A DNA stretch of 58,992 nucleotides, filler included. It is 5 parts of 5 records of this genome, joined end to end, with 100 filler letters (N's around TTAATTAATTAA, not from the genome) between each part and the next. Parts side by side here need not be neighbours in the genome. Positions count along the whole stretch, not along the records: positions 15,925 to 24,532 come from SRR2962707_5014; positions 24,633 to 33,475 come from SRR2962707_5021; 3 more parts are not named here. One strand, 5' to 3'. Within the stretch, counting starts at the first letter, position 1. Each line of letters opens with the position of its first letter. The position numbers and the translations under genes were made by a program. Below are positions 22,884 through 31,791 of the stretch, one piece after another. The notes under the pieces were generated by a model that saw nothing but the letters and a program-made list of their open reading frames with translations, did no database searches and was not told the DNA's origin.

Positions 22884-24112
22884 GCCCTTAATGCTTCAGA
22901 AGATTGTGCTCTGATCACTTTATAGCTGTTTTGCCATAAAGGCAGCCAAGCTACAAGTTTGTGCGGCTGCATTGGCTTTGCGCATAAAAAACCTTGGCAA
23001 ATATCTGCGCCAAGCAGTTGCATACATTGCCACTGAGCGTGCGTTTCAACGCCCTCAACCACGACTTTCATGTGCAGTTTGTTTGCCAATTGAATCGCCA
23101 TATCCACAATCGCCGCAGATTGCGTATCGTTAGTGGCCTGCGATACAAAGCTGCGGTCGAGCTTTATTTCGTTAAAAGGGTATTGGCTTAGCTGTTGTAG
23201 CGATGAATAGCCGGTACCAAAATCATCGACTGATAAGTTAAAACCATTCATCCGCAAACGCGATAGCAGCTCTAACGACAAGCTGTCACTGAGTAATTCT
23301 GTTTGCTCTGTTATTTCAAACGAAATTCGCTTTTGTTTGGCAAGGGCCATTAGAGACTGATCTGCCAAAATAGTGTTAATAATGTCGCTGGTTAAACACG
23401 ATGGCGTTAAATTGATTGATAACTTAGTGTTTGCAAACTCCGCAGGTAAAGCTTGCAGCGCCTGCACACTTTGCGCAATTATCGACAAGGTTAATTGCGC
23501 CATTAAACCCGCTTGCTCAATTTCATCAATAAAAAAGTAAGGCGATAGCAAGCCGTGATCAGGGTGCTGCCAGCGACACAGTGCTTCAAGCCCCACACAT
23601 TCACCGCTACTAAAAGCGATTTGTGGCTGAAAAACAGGAATAAACTGTTTATTGTCCAGCGCGTTTTGTAACACCGCTCTACTGCTATCTACATTTAGCT
23701 GCGAGGTTGTATGGGTATGCGTATAACGTTGCTGATGTTGCGTAAAAAAATGCGTTAACTGTTGCTGCGAGCTAGGTTTTGGCATCACACCTAATAAATT
23801 AAGTCCAAACGCGGTGACTAAATTAGCAGCGGCACGAAGTAAGCTCGCATCTGAGGCACTAGATAAAATAACACTGCCAGTAAATTGCTGGTTCGACAGC
23901 TCCCTTAGTAGGGCAAGGCCATCCATATTCGGCATCGCTAAATCACAAATTATAATGTCAGGCATTGCAGTTGCAATAAAGCGCATTGCATCGTCGCCGT
24001 CACTTGCATGGGTTATTTGATGAGTACCAAGTTGGCTGATCATCGTAGTGAGCGCACGGCGCACAAACGCATGGTCATCGACTATCAAAATATTCATACC
24101 AGTATCAATCAT
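22880..24112 (-). CDS. REC-EAL c-di-GMP phosphodiesterase response regulator (RocR/VieA-like)
   Basis: ILIVDD, ICDLAMP receiver; EALCRW, DDFGTGYSS, KLDRSFV and EGVET EAL motifs. Confidence 0.92.
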   Translation of the reverse strand: MIDTGMNILIVDDHAFVRRALTTMISQLGTHQITHASDGDDAMRFIATAMPDIIICDLAMPNMDGLALLRELSNQQFTGSVILSSASDASLLRAAANLVTAFGLNLLGVMPKPSSQQQLTHFFTQHQQRYTHTHTTSQLNVDSSRAVLQNALDNKQFIPVFQPQIAFSSGECVGLEALCRWQHPDHGLLSPYFFIDEIEQAGLMAQLTLSIIAQSVQALQALPAEFANTKLSINLTPSCLTSDIINTILADQSLMALAKQKRISFEITEQTELLSDSLSLELLSRLRMNGFNLSVDDFGTGYSSLQQLSQYPFNEIKLDRSFVSQATNDTQSAAIVDMAIQLANKLHMKVVVEGVETHAQWQCMQLLGADICQGFLCAKPMQPHKLVAWLPLWQNSYKVIRAQSSEALRA

Positions 24113-24139
24113 AATTACGCCCTCAGTAAGTTTGGTGAT

Positions 24140-24180
24140 ATTTTAATCACTCGAGCTGTATATTATTTGATCTAAATCAA
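24140..24180 (-). promoter_or_regulatory. FNR box TTGAT-CTAA-ATCAA (24167-24180) with -10 TAAAAT (24145-24140), class II geometry
   Basis: Perfect FNR consensus centred about 41 nt upstream of the start inferred from the -10 hexamer; GAGG RBS before ATG 24112. Confidence 0.7.
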
Positions 24181-24532
24181 TTTGAACGGTGTGTTATGTG
24201 ACTGCTCTGAACGGTTTTGTAATCAATAATTACAGCTGTATAAAAAACAGTCGCTTTTAAACGCATTTGTTGCGCATTAAGTAAACAAAATGCAGTGAAA
24301 ACCTTTGTTAATCAGGCGTTCAGCTAGTTTTTTAGTATGGAAAAAAGGCTGTTAAAGGTATCGAAAAGCAGGCACATTCAGCACCCGATTTAGTATTTTT
24401 TACATAAATCAGTTAAAACCATTTTACATACTGCGGGCAATGGGCAATGGGCAACGAGCTGCGGCTAATCTTAGCGCTTCCATGTAGGTCGTCATTCATG
24501 GCGACAATGTCTAATATTGAAAATTGACGCGC

Positions 24533-24632
24533 NNNNNNNNNNNNNNNNNNNNNNNNNNNNNNNNNNNNNNNNNNNNTTAATTAATTAANNNNNNNNNNNN
24601 NNNNNNNNNNNNNNNNNNNNNNNNNNNNNNNN
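24533..24632. other. Artificial contig spacer
   Basis: N44-TTAATTAATTAA-N44. Confidence 0.97.
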
Positions 24633-25187
24633 GATAATGGCGCCGATGCTGGAGCCGGCAATCACCTGCGGCAAAAGGCCTTTCTCCCAGAGCGCCTTGA
24701 TAACCCCAAAATGGAACATGCCCAGACTGGCGCCACCACTCAACAGTAAGGTGGGCCGCCCGTAGCTTGTCAGGGTGTCGCGGAAAAACTGCAGTTTGTC
24801 ATACACCGGAAAGCCAGGGACCGGGTGGTCACAGAGGTAATCCAGCGACTCACAGACCTGAGTGATATATTCTTCAATCAGGTGTTTGGTACCGACGCGG
24901 GAGCGGGTGTACAGCGCCGGATTCCCCATGTTACCAAGGTCGTGATGCAACCCTTCCCTGAGCGCGCGCTTCAGGCGCTCGAAATCATTCTGTTGGCGAT
25001 ACTGCTTGAGATTGGACAGGCGATCATAGATCAGCTCGTAATGATAAAGATCGGAGGCAAAATCTTCTTTCCACTCCGCATTGCCCTCAAGAAAATCCAG
25101 CTCCAGTGCGGCCGCTTTCCACTGTTCATAATTCGTGGCCTGCGCCAGCATTTTTCGGAAACGGGTTATTCTCGGGTCCTTGATCAC
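24633..25187 (-). CDS. DUF3336/patatin-like lipase (3' truncated)
   Basis: N-terminal YEQWKAAALELD..WK region, LSGGASLG oxyanion motif and GSSIG nucleophile motif. Confidence 0.85.
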
Positions 25188-25210
25188 CTGTCGCCTCCCG
25201 GCTTGTACAC

Positions 25211-25993
25211 TCAGAAATCGTCGAGCATCAGATCGTCATCATCACTCGCGAAAGGATCTTCGGTGATCTTACCATCGTTAATCAGGAATTCACGACGCTG
25301 CAGGAAGGCATTGCGCATAAACGTGTACCGATCCCCGGAAATGAAATTCTCCGCCGGGATCAGATCTGCCCGCTTGTCCACAATCTGGAGCATTCGCAGG
25401 TAATACCATTCGGGGTTCTCGACCGAGTCCCACGCCGAAGGCAGCATGAATCCGTCCGCCGCCATACCCGTGAAATACCGGGGCGTGGACGGCCCTAGCA
25501 ACGGCAGCATCAGGTAAGGACCGGAATCCACGCCCCAGGTTGCCAGGGTCTGGCCGAAATCCTCCGGCCGCTCGGGCAGCTCGAAGGCGTTGGCAACATC
25601 AAAGAAACCACCAAGACCGAAAACCGTGTTGTAGGTAAAACGGCCAACCGCCACAACCGCAGACTCACCCTTCAGCTGCAGAAGGCTGTTGGTGAAGTTA
25701 CGGATTTCGGTCAGGTTATTGAAAAAATTGGTAATCCCCCGGTCCACCAGATCTGGAGTGACAGTGCGATAGCCCTTGGCTACCGGCCGGAGAAACCACC
25801 GGTCAATAGCATCATTAAAGGCGAAGACCTTTCGGTTCCAGTTTTCATAGGGATCGCCGGTTTCAACCGGCATAGTCTGTTCACCCGGGGGCTCCTGGAG
25901 ATTCTGGGCCATGGCCGGATTAAAGACCGCCAGGGCCGGGAAAACTGCGATGACCATCCAGGATGACCAGCGCCGGGACTTACGCTCTTTCAT
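25211..25993 (-). CDS. mlaA: VacJ/MlaA family phospholipid asymmetry protein
   Basis: DPYENWNRKVFAFN, EDFGQTLATWG, GPYLMLPLLGPST motifs. Confidence 0.9.
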   Translation of the reverse strand: MKERKSRRWSSWMVIAVFPALAVFNPAMAQNLQEPPGEQTMPVETGDPYENWNRKVFAFNDAIDRWFLRPVAKGYRTVTPDLVDRGITNFFNNLTEIRNFTNSLLQLKGESAVVAVGRFTYNTVFGLGGFFDVANAFELPERPEDFGQTLATWGVDSGPYLMLPLLGPSTPRYFTGMAADGFMLPSAWDSVENPEWYYLRMLQIVDKRADLIPAENFISGDRYTFMRNAFLQRREFLINDGKITEDPFASDDDDLMLDDF

Positions 25994-26081
25994 GTCGCTC
26001 TCTTGGGTTGTTTAACCTGTTCAGTTTCGTCAACAATACCGGCGCTTTATTATTATTTTTCAACCTTCCGGAGGAAATCCG

Positions 26082-26489
26082 ATGTCAGTACCGGGAAATC
26101 CCGTCAGCTCCCTCACCATGGCACTGCGATGGGGTGATATGGATGCATACGGCCACGCCAATAACACAGTTTACTTTCGTTTCTTTGAAGAAGCCCGGAT
26201 TGTCTGGCTTGCCTCACTGGAACTCGGTGGTGCCGAAGACGCCACCGGGCCGGTCATTATAAAGACCAGCGCCACATTCCTGAAGGAGCTGACTCACCCC
26301 GCCAATGTGGTGGTGGAAACTTACGCGGACAAAGCCGGAAATACCAGCCTGGACACTTACCACCTGTTGAAAGACAAGGATACCGGAGATATCTACGCGG
26401 AAGGCTATGCGAAAATCGTCTGGACGGACCGGGCGACACGCAAATCCACCCCGCTGCCAGACACCTTGCGGGCGCTGGCAGCGAGATAA
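26082..26489 (+). CDS. Acyl-CoA thioesterase (4HBT/YbgC-like hotdog fold)
   Basis: RWGDMDAYGHANNTVYFRFFEEAR motif. Confidence 0.9.
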   Translation: MSVPGNPVSSLTMALRWGDMDAYGHANNTVYFRFFEEARIVWLASLELGGAEDATGPVIIKTSATFLKELTHPANVVVETYADKAGNTSLDTYHLLKDKDTGDIYAEGYAKIVWTDRATRKSTPLPDTLRALAAR

Positions 26490-26495
26490 ACAGGC

Positions 26496-27617
26496 TCAGC
26501 GGTGGCGAACCACGACGCTGCCAATGGAATAGCCGGCGCCGAATGAGCAGATCACGCCCAGATCACCGGCTTTCAGATCGTCCTTGTATTTGTGGAACGC
26601 GATAATGGACCCTGCGGAACTGGTGTTAGCGTATTCGTCCAGAATCACCGGAGCCTCTTCCACACTGGCATCGCGACCCAGAACCTTACGCGCAATTAAC
26701 TGGTTCATGTTCAGGTTGGCCTGATGCAGCCACATCCGGGTGAGATTATCCGGGCTGAGGGAAAGGGATGCCAGGTGGCCCTGAATGGTCTCGGCCACCA
26801 GGGGCGAGACTTCCTTGAACACCTTCCGCCCTTGCTGGATAAACAGTTTGTCCGCCTTGCCAATGCCGGATTCATCGGCACGATTGAGGAAGCCGAAGTT
26901 ATTCCGGATGTTGTTGGAAAACTTGGTTTTCAGACGAGTACCCAGAATTTCAAAACCCTGGCCGGCTTTAGTGTCTTCCTCACGCTCAACCAGTATCGCC
27001 GTGCAGGCATCACCGAAGATAAAGTGGCTGTCCCGATCCCTGAAATTCAAGTGGCCGGAGCAGATTTCCGGGCTGACCACCAGCACCGAACGTGCTGCAC
27101 CATTTTCGACCGAGTTGACTGCCGCCTGCAGGCCGAAAGTGGCAGAACTGCACGCCACGTTCATGTCATAGGCAAAGCCTTCAATACCCAGGGCTTCCTG
27201 CACTTCAATGGCGATGGCCGGATACGGCCTTTGCAGGTTGGAACAGGCAACAATGACGGCATCGACATCGGCCGCCGTTTTACCCGCCTGGGCCAGGGCT
27301 TCCTTGCTCGCGGCCACCGCCATATCGCACTGTACCGACGGTTCATCGTTGCTGCGCTCCGGAATGTAGGGGGTCATCCGGTGGGGATCAAGAATACCAT
27401 CTCGATCAATAACATGCCGGCGCTTGATACCGGAGGCTTTTTCGATAAAGGCAGAAGACGAGGGTTGCAGGGCAGCGACCTCACCACGGGCAATTTCGTC
27501 GGCATGCTCGTTGTTGAACAGCTCCACGTACTGATTGAACGCTTCAACCAGTTCATCATTCTCGATAATGGCGGGCGGCGTATACAGGCCGGTTCCGCTG
27601 ATGACGGCTTTAATCAC
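26496..27617 (-). CDS. fabH: Beta-ketoacyl-ACP synthase III family (long FabH-like type)
   Basis: Cys-His-Asn triad: VACSSA, LHQAN, YANTSSAG; C-terminal SFGAG. Confidence 0.88.
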   Translation of the reverse strand: MIKAVISGTGLYTPPAIIENDELVEAFNQYVELFNNEHADEIARGEVAALQPSSSAFIEKASGIKRRHVIDRDGILDPHRMTPYIPERSNDEPSVQCDMAVAASKEALAQAGKTAADVDAVIVACSNLQRPYPAIAIEVQEALGIEGFAYDMNVACSSATFGLQAAVNSVENGAARSVLVVSPEICSGHLNFRDRDSHFIFGDACTAILVEREEDTKAGQGFEILGTRLKTKFSNNIRNNFGFLNRADESGIGKADKLFIQQGRKVFKEVSPLVAETIQGHLASLSLSPDNLTRMWLHQANLNMNQLIARKVLGRDASVEEAPVILDEYANTSSAGSIIAFHKYKDDLKAGDLGVICSFGAGYSIGSVVVRHR

Positions 27618-27743
27618 AATAACCCCACGTCACAATTATAAAAACGGTTTCTGACATCACGATGTCAGAAATACTAACACAGTCCGGCAGAATTGCCCGT
27701 GGGACTATCGTCCAGTGGCCCCGTTATAGTGCATCCAAAAACC

Positions 27744-30700
27744 TTATATACGGGTCTTTTCCCATTGTTTATCCAGCCGCTTCGCCGAAACGGTCATGAC
27801 CGTGCCCAGTTGTTGGGCAAAAAACGACACCCGGAACTCCTCCATCATCCAGCGGTAGGTTTCAAGCTCCGGGTCGCGTACACCCTGACGCTTCTGCTGC
27901 TCCAGTTTGGCGGCGTACCGGGCCCATAATGGTTCGATGGTGTGAAGAAATTCCCGCTCACGGCCCATTTCCCGCGCCATTTTTTCCAACCGGATGTCCG
28001 CCGCTTCAAAATAGGTTCCGAACCGTTCCAGCCACTGAACCGGGGTATTGACCAGGAAACCCGGATATACCAGATGTTGCAACTGGAACTTGAGGTCGGC
28101 CATGCTTGCTGCCAGCGCCAGATTAATCTTGCCCTTGAGCTGTTTCGCGACTTTCTGGTAGCCGTTCATGGCCTGAAACAGGCGCTCATCAGCAGCTTCC
28201 AGAGCAGGAATGAAGTCACCCCGGTGGAGGTCGAACAGCTCTGCGAACGCCTGTTCGGTTCTGGGCAGTTGGTCCGCCAGAAAATGCTGCATAACCGTCG
28301 ACAACACCAGATCATCCAGCATTCCCTTTGCCTGGCCGATCGGTGCAAACATCAACGCAGACTGCTTGAACCGAGGCAGCTTTCGTTCAAGATCCGCCAG
28401 GGTATTGCCGAACCGGTTCACAATCAGCCGCGCAACGCCGCGACGATGGGCATCCTCTGCGGTGAGCTTGTCCAGACAACGAGAAGCCCGCACCTTATTA
28501 CCCAGATCTTCCAGAGCCGGGTACACCGTGACCTGCATACCGCCTTTTTCTGTTTGAACCTGCTCCGGGAAGTTGCCGAATTGCCAGTCGGTGTATTCAC
28601 CCGCCTGTTTTTTCCCGGGTTCATCTCTCGTCGCCGAGGCCAGCGCTTCTTCGGCCCGGCCCTCCAGTCTGGCCTGGAGCTCATCGGTGTCTCGGCTTTC
28701 GGCGATGACCTTGCCTTTATCGCCGGTCACCCTCAGGTTCATCCTCAGGTGGCGGGGCAGCTCCTCCTCCGGCCAGGCATCCGGATCAATCTGGACCCCG
28801 GTCATTCGTCGCAGCTGTTCACCCAGTTTGATCGCCAGAGGCTCGTTGCCTGGCTGCAGGTTGGCCAGAGCCGCGTCGACAAAGTCCGGTACCGGCACAA
28901 AATTCCGGCGCAACGCTTTCGGCAGCCCCTTGACCAGGGCAATGCATTTTTCCCGAAGCAGCCCCGGCACCAGCCACTCCAGACGCCGGGCGGGGATCTG
29001 TCGCAAAGCCATCAAGGGCACGTTGAGGGTGACACCGTCGCGCTCACTGGTGGGTTCAAATTCATAACTCAGAGGGTATTTCACCCCCTCCCATTCCAGG
29101 TAGTCGGGGTACTGCTGGGCCGAGGTCTCATCCAGAGGCCTTTGCAGTACGTCGGCCTCTGTCAGCTCCAGCTTCTTCAATTCTTCGGCAGATAATCCTT
29201 TCCACCAGGATTCAAAATGTCGGCCACTAACGATATCCGATGGCAGTCTCTGGTCGTAGAAAGCCACCAAAACTTCATCATCCACCAAAAGATCCCGCCG
29301 CCGGGTCTTCTTCTCCAGATTCTCGACCGTATCCAGCATTTCGCGGTTACGGGCAATGAACGGCGCCCTGGACTGGAAATCCCCCTCAACCAGGGCACGG
29401 CGAATAAACAGATTCCGGCACTCGGCGGGGTCTACCTTGGCGTAGGGAATACGGCGCTTGGGGACCACATCCAGGCCATAAAGTGTGACCTTCTCGTACC
29501 CCATCACCTGGGCACGCTTCTGCTCCCAGTGGGGTTCAAAATAGTGGTGCTTTACCACGTGGCCTGCCAGCGGCTCCACCCATTCGGGCTGAATGGCCGC
29601 CACCATTCGGGCAAACACCTTGCTGGTTTCGACGATCTCGGCCGCCACAATCCACTTGGGTGCCGTCTTGCCAACTTTGGAACCCGGGAAAATCATTACC
29701 TTGCGGTTTCGGGTGGCCAGATACTCCCGCTTTTCCACTTTCACCGCCACCTGGCCAAGCAAGCCGGCCAGAATGGCTTTATGCACTGCGTCGTAGTTGG
29801 CCGGCTGGTTATTCAATGTCAGCTTCTGTTCCCGGCAGATCAGGGTGAGCTGGCGGTGAATGTCCCGCCACTCACGCATTCGCATCCAGCTCAGGAAAGT
29901 TTTCTGGCACAGTTTCTTGAGCTGGTTCTGGGACAATTCCTGGCGCTGCTCTTCGAACCAGTTCCAGATATTCAGCAGGGTGGCGAAATCCGATTCCTTG
30001 TCGTTGAACGGTGCGTGAGCCTGGTCGGCCGCCTGCTGCTTGTCCTGTGGGCGTTCCCTGGGGTCCTGAACGCTCAGGCCGGCAATCACAATCAACACTT
30101 CCACCAGACTGCCCTGCTCTGCTGAGGTCACCAGCATCCGGGCTAACCGGGGATCCAGCGGCAATCGGGCCATGGTGCGCCCAAGCCTGGTGACACGCCG
30201 TTTGTCATCGACGGCGCTAAGCTCTTCCAGCAGCTTGTAACCATCGTTGACCTGACGACGATCCGGCGCCTCAAGAAACGGAAAATGCCGGATCTCACCC
30301 AGTCCGGATGTCGCCATTTGCAGGATAACGGAGGCCAGGTTGGTTCTCAGGATTTCGGGATCGGTGTATTCCGGGCGGTTCAAAAAGTCCGTTTCGTCGT
30401 ACAGACGGAAACAGATACCCGGCGCCACACGGCCACACCGACCTGCCCGCTGATTGGCACTGGCCTGGGAAATCGGTTCAATTGGCAGCCGCTGTATTTT
30501 CGAGCGCACACTGTACCGGCTGATGCGCGCAACGCCAGTATCAATCACGTAGCGAATACCGGGCACGGTCAGCGAGGTCTCAGCCACGTTGGTGGACAAC
30601 ACAATCCGTCGTCCCTTGTGGCCCTGAAACACCCGGTTCTGTTCCTGGTTGCTCAGGCGGGAATACAACGGCAACACTTCGGTATGACGCAGGTCGGCGT

Positions 30701-31685
30701 GGCGCAGCACCTTGCTCAGGGCCCGGATCTCGCGCTCGCCTGGCAGAAAAACCAGTACATCGCCCGGAGGCTGCTTTTCCTGCCGTTCATGCTGTTCAAT
30801 CTCGTCCAATGCCGAGAGAACACCGTCGGTCCAGCCCTGATCCCTGTCGTCCTCGTCTCCAACCAGGGGGCGATATCGAATATCTACCGGAAAGGTACGA
30901 CCGCTGACTTCAATCACCGGCGCTTCGTTGAAAAACTCGCTGAAGCGCTCCACCTCGATGGTGGCCGAGGTGATGATGACTTTCAGATCCGGGCGCTTCG
31001 GCAACAGTTGCTTGAGATAGCCGAGCAGAAAATCAATATTCAGGCTGCGCTCGTGGGCCTCATCGATAATCAGCGTGTCATAGCGATCCAGAAAACGGTC
31101 ATGCTGCACTTCTGCCAGAAGGATGCCGTCGGTCATTACCTTGACCCGGGACGATTCCGAGGTGTTGTCGGTAAACCGCACCTGGTACCCGACCTGCTGG
31201 CCTACCGTCTCACCCAGTTCTTCGGCAATCCGGCTGGAAACACTGCGCGCGGCGATACGCCGGGGCTGGGTATGACCAATAAGCCCGCGGGTGCCCCGCC
31301 CCAGGTTCAGGCAAATCTTCGGAATCTGAGTGGTTTTACCGGACCCGGTCTCACCAGCAATGATCACCACCTGATGGTTGTTGATGGCATCACTGATGTC
31401 CTCGACGCGATCGCTGACCGGCAACCCGGCGGGAAAGGTCGCCGGCTTGTGCAATGCCTGACGCTTACGCACCTTGTCGAGCCCCTGATCCAGCCATTGC
31501 GCCATCTTTTCCAGGTCCTTGTTACCAGGGTTACCCTTGCAACGGCTTACACGACGAATGATGCGGGCGGCCTCCTGCTGGTTGCAGGCGCCCAGCTGGC
31601 TCATCATCGCTTTGACAGCGGCCCGGGAATCAACGGGAGTTTCGGAACGAGTGTTGTCAGTCATTAACAGCTGCAGGCTCATCAA
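27744..31685 (-). CDS. hrpA: ATP-dependent RNA helicase HrpA
   Basis: GETGSGKTTQ, DEAHERS, SAT and QRAGRCGR motifs; C-terminal RWMMEEFRVSFFAQ. Exact start codon uncertain. Confidence 0.95.
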   Translation of the reverse strand: MMSLQLLMTDNTRSETPVDSRAAVKAMMSQLGACNQQEAARIIRRVSRCKGNPGNKDLEKMAQWLDQGLDKVRKRQALHKPATFPAGLPVSDRVEDISDAINNHQVVIIAGETGSGKTTQIPKICLNLGRGTRGLIGHTQPRRIAARSVSSRIAEELGETVGQQVGYQVRFTDNTSESSRVKVMTDGILLAEVQHDRFLDRYDTLIIDEAHERSLNIDFLLGYLKQLLPKRPDLKVIITSATIEVERFSEFFNEAPVIEVSGRTFPVDIRYRPLVGDEDDRDQGWTDGVLSALDEIEQHERQEKQPPGDVLVFLPGEREIRALSKVLRHADLRHTEVLPLYSRLSNQEQNRVFQGHKGRRIVLSTNVAETSLTVPGIRYVIDTGVARISRYSVRSKIQRLPIEPISQASANQRAGRCGRVAPGICFRLYDETDFLNRPEYTDPEILRTNLASVILQMATSGLGEIRHFPFLEAPDRRQVNDGYKLLEELSAVDDKRRVTRLGRTMARLPLDPRLARMLVTSAEQGSLVEVLIVIAGLSVQDPRERPQDKQQAADQAHAPFNDKESDFATLLNIWNWFEEQRQELSQNQLKKLCQKTFLSWMRMREWRDIHRQLTLICREQKLTLNNQPANYDAVHKAILAGLLGQVAVKVEKREYLATRNRKVMIFPGSKVGKTAPKWIVAAEIVETSKVFARMVAAIQPEWVEPLAGHVVKHHYFEPHWEQKRAQVMGYEKVTLYGLDVVPKRRIPYAKVDPAECRNLFIRRALVEGDFQSRAPFIARNREMLDTVENLEKKTRRRDLLVDDEVLVAFYDQRLPSDIVSGRHFESWWKGLSAEELKKLELTEADVLQRPLDETSAQQYPDYLEWEGVKYPLSYEFEPTSERDGVTLNVPLMALRQIPARRLEWLVPGLLREKCIALVKGLPKALRRNFVPVPDFVDAALANLQPGNEPLAIKLGEQLRRMTGVQIDPDAWPEEELPRHLRMNLRVTGDKGKVIAESRDTDELQARLEGRAEEALASATRDEPGKKQAGEYTDWQFGNFPEQVQTEKGGMQVTVYPALEDLGNKVRASRCLDKLTAEDAHRRGVARLIVNRFGNTLADLERKLPRFKQSALMFAPIGQAKGMLDDLVLSTVMQHFLADQLPRTEQAFAELFDLHRGDFIPALEAADERLFQAMNGYQKVAKQLKGKINLALAASMADLKFQLQHLVYPGFLVNTPVQWLERFGTYFEAADIRLEKMAREMGREREFLHTIEPLWARYAAKLEQQKRQGVRDPELETYRWMMEEFRVSFFAQQLGTVMTVSAKRLDKQWEKTRI

Positions 31686-31741
31686 TGGGTAGGTGGAACG
31701 TCAGGGCGAAACAGTCTAACGAAAACCGGAGCCAAGAAACA

Positions 31742-31769
31742 CAAAGACCCCGCCGAAGCAGGGTCTTTG
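31742..31769 (-). terminator. Probable intrinsic terminator after fadD
   Basis: CAAAGACCC...GGGTCTTTG inverted repeat just downstream of the fadD stop. Confidence 0.6.
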
Positions 31770-31791
31770 GTTGGTATGCGGGCCTCGCCTG

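Noticed and set aside
24236-24250. LexA box-like CTGTATAAAAAACAG
   Set aside because: Spacing is CTG-N9-CAG, one base short of the CTG-N10-CAG consensus, and no SOS gene is evident
24435-24456. GGGCAAT x3 short tandem repeat
   Set aside because: Only about three units near a contig end, with no supportable function
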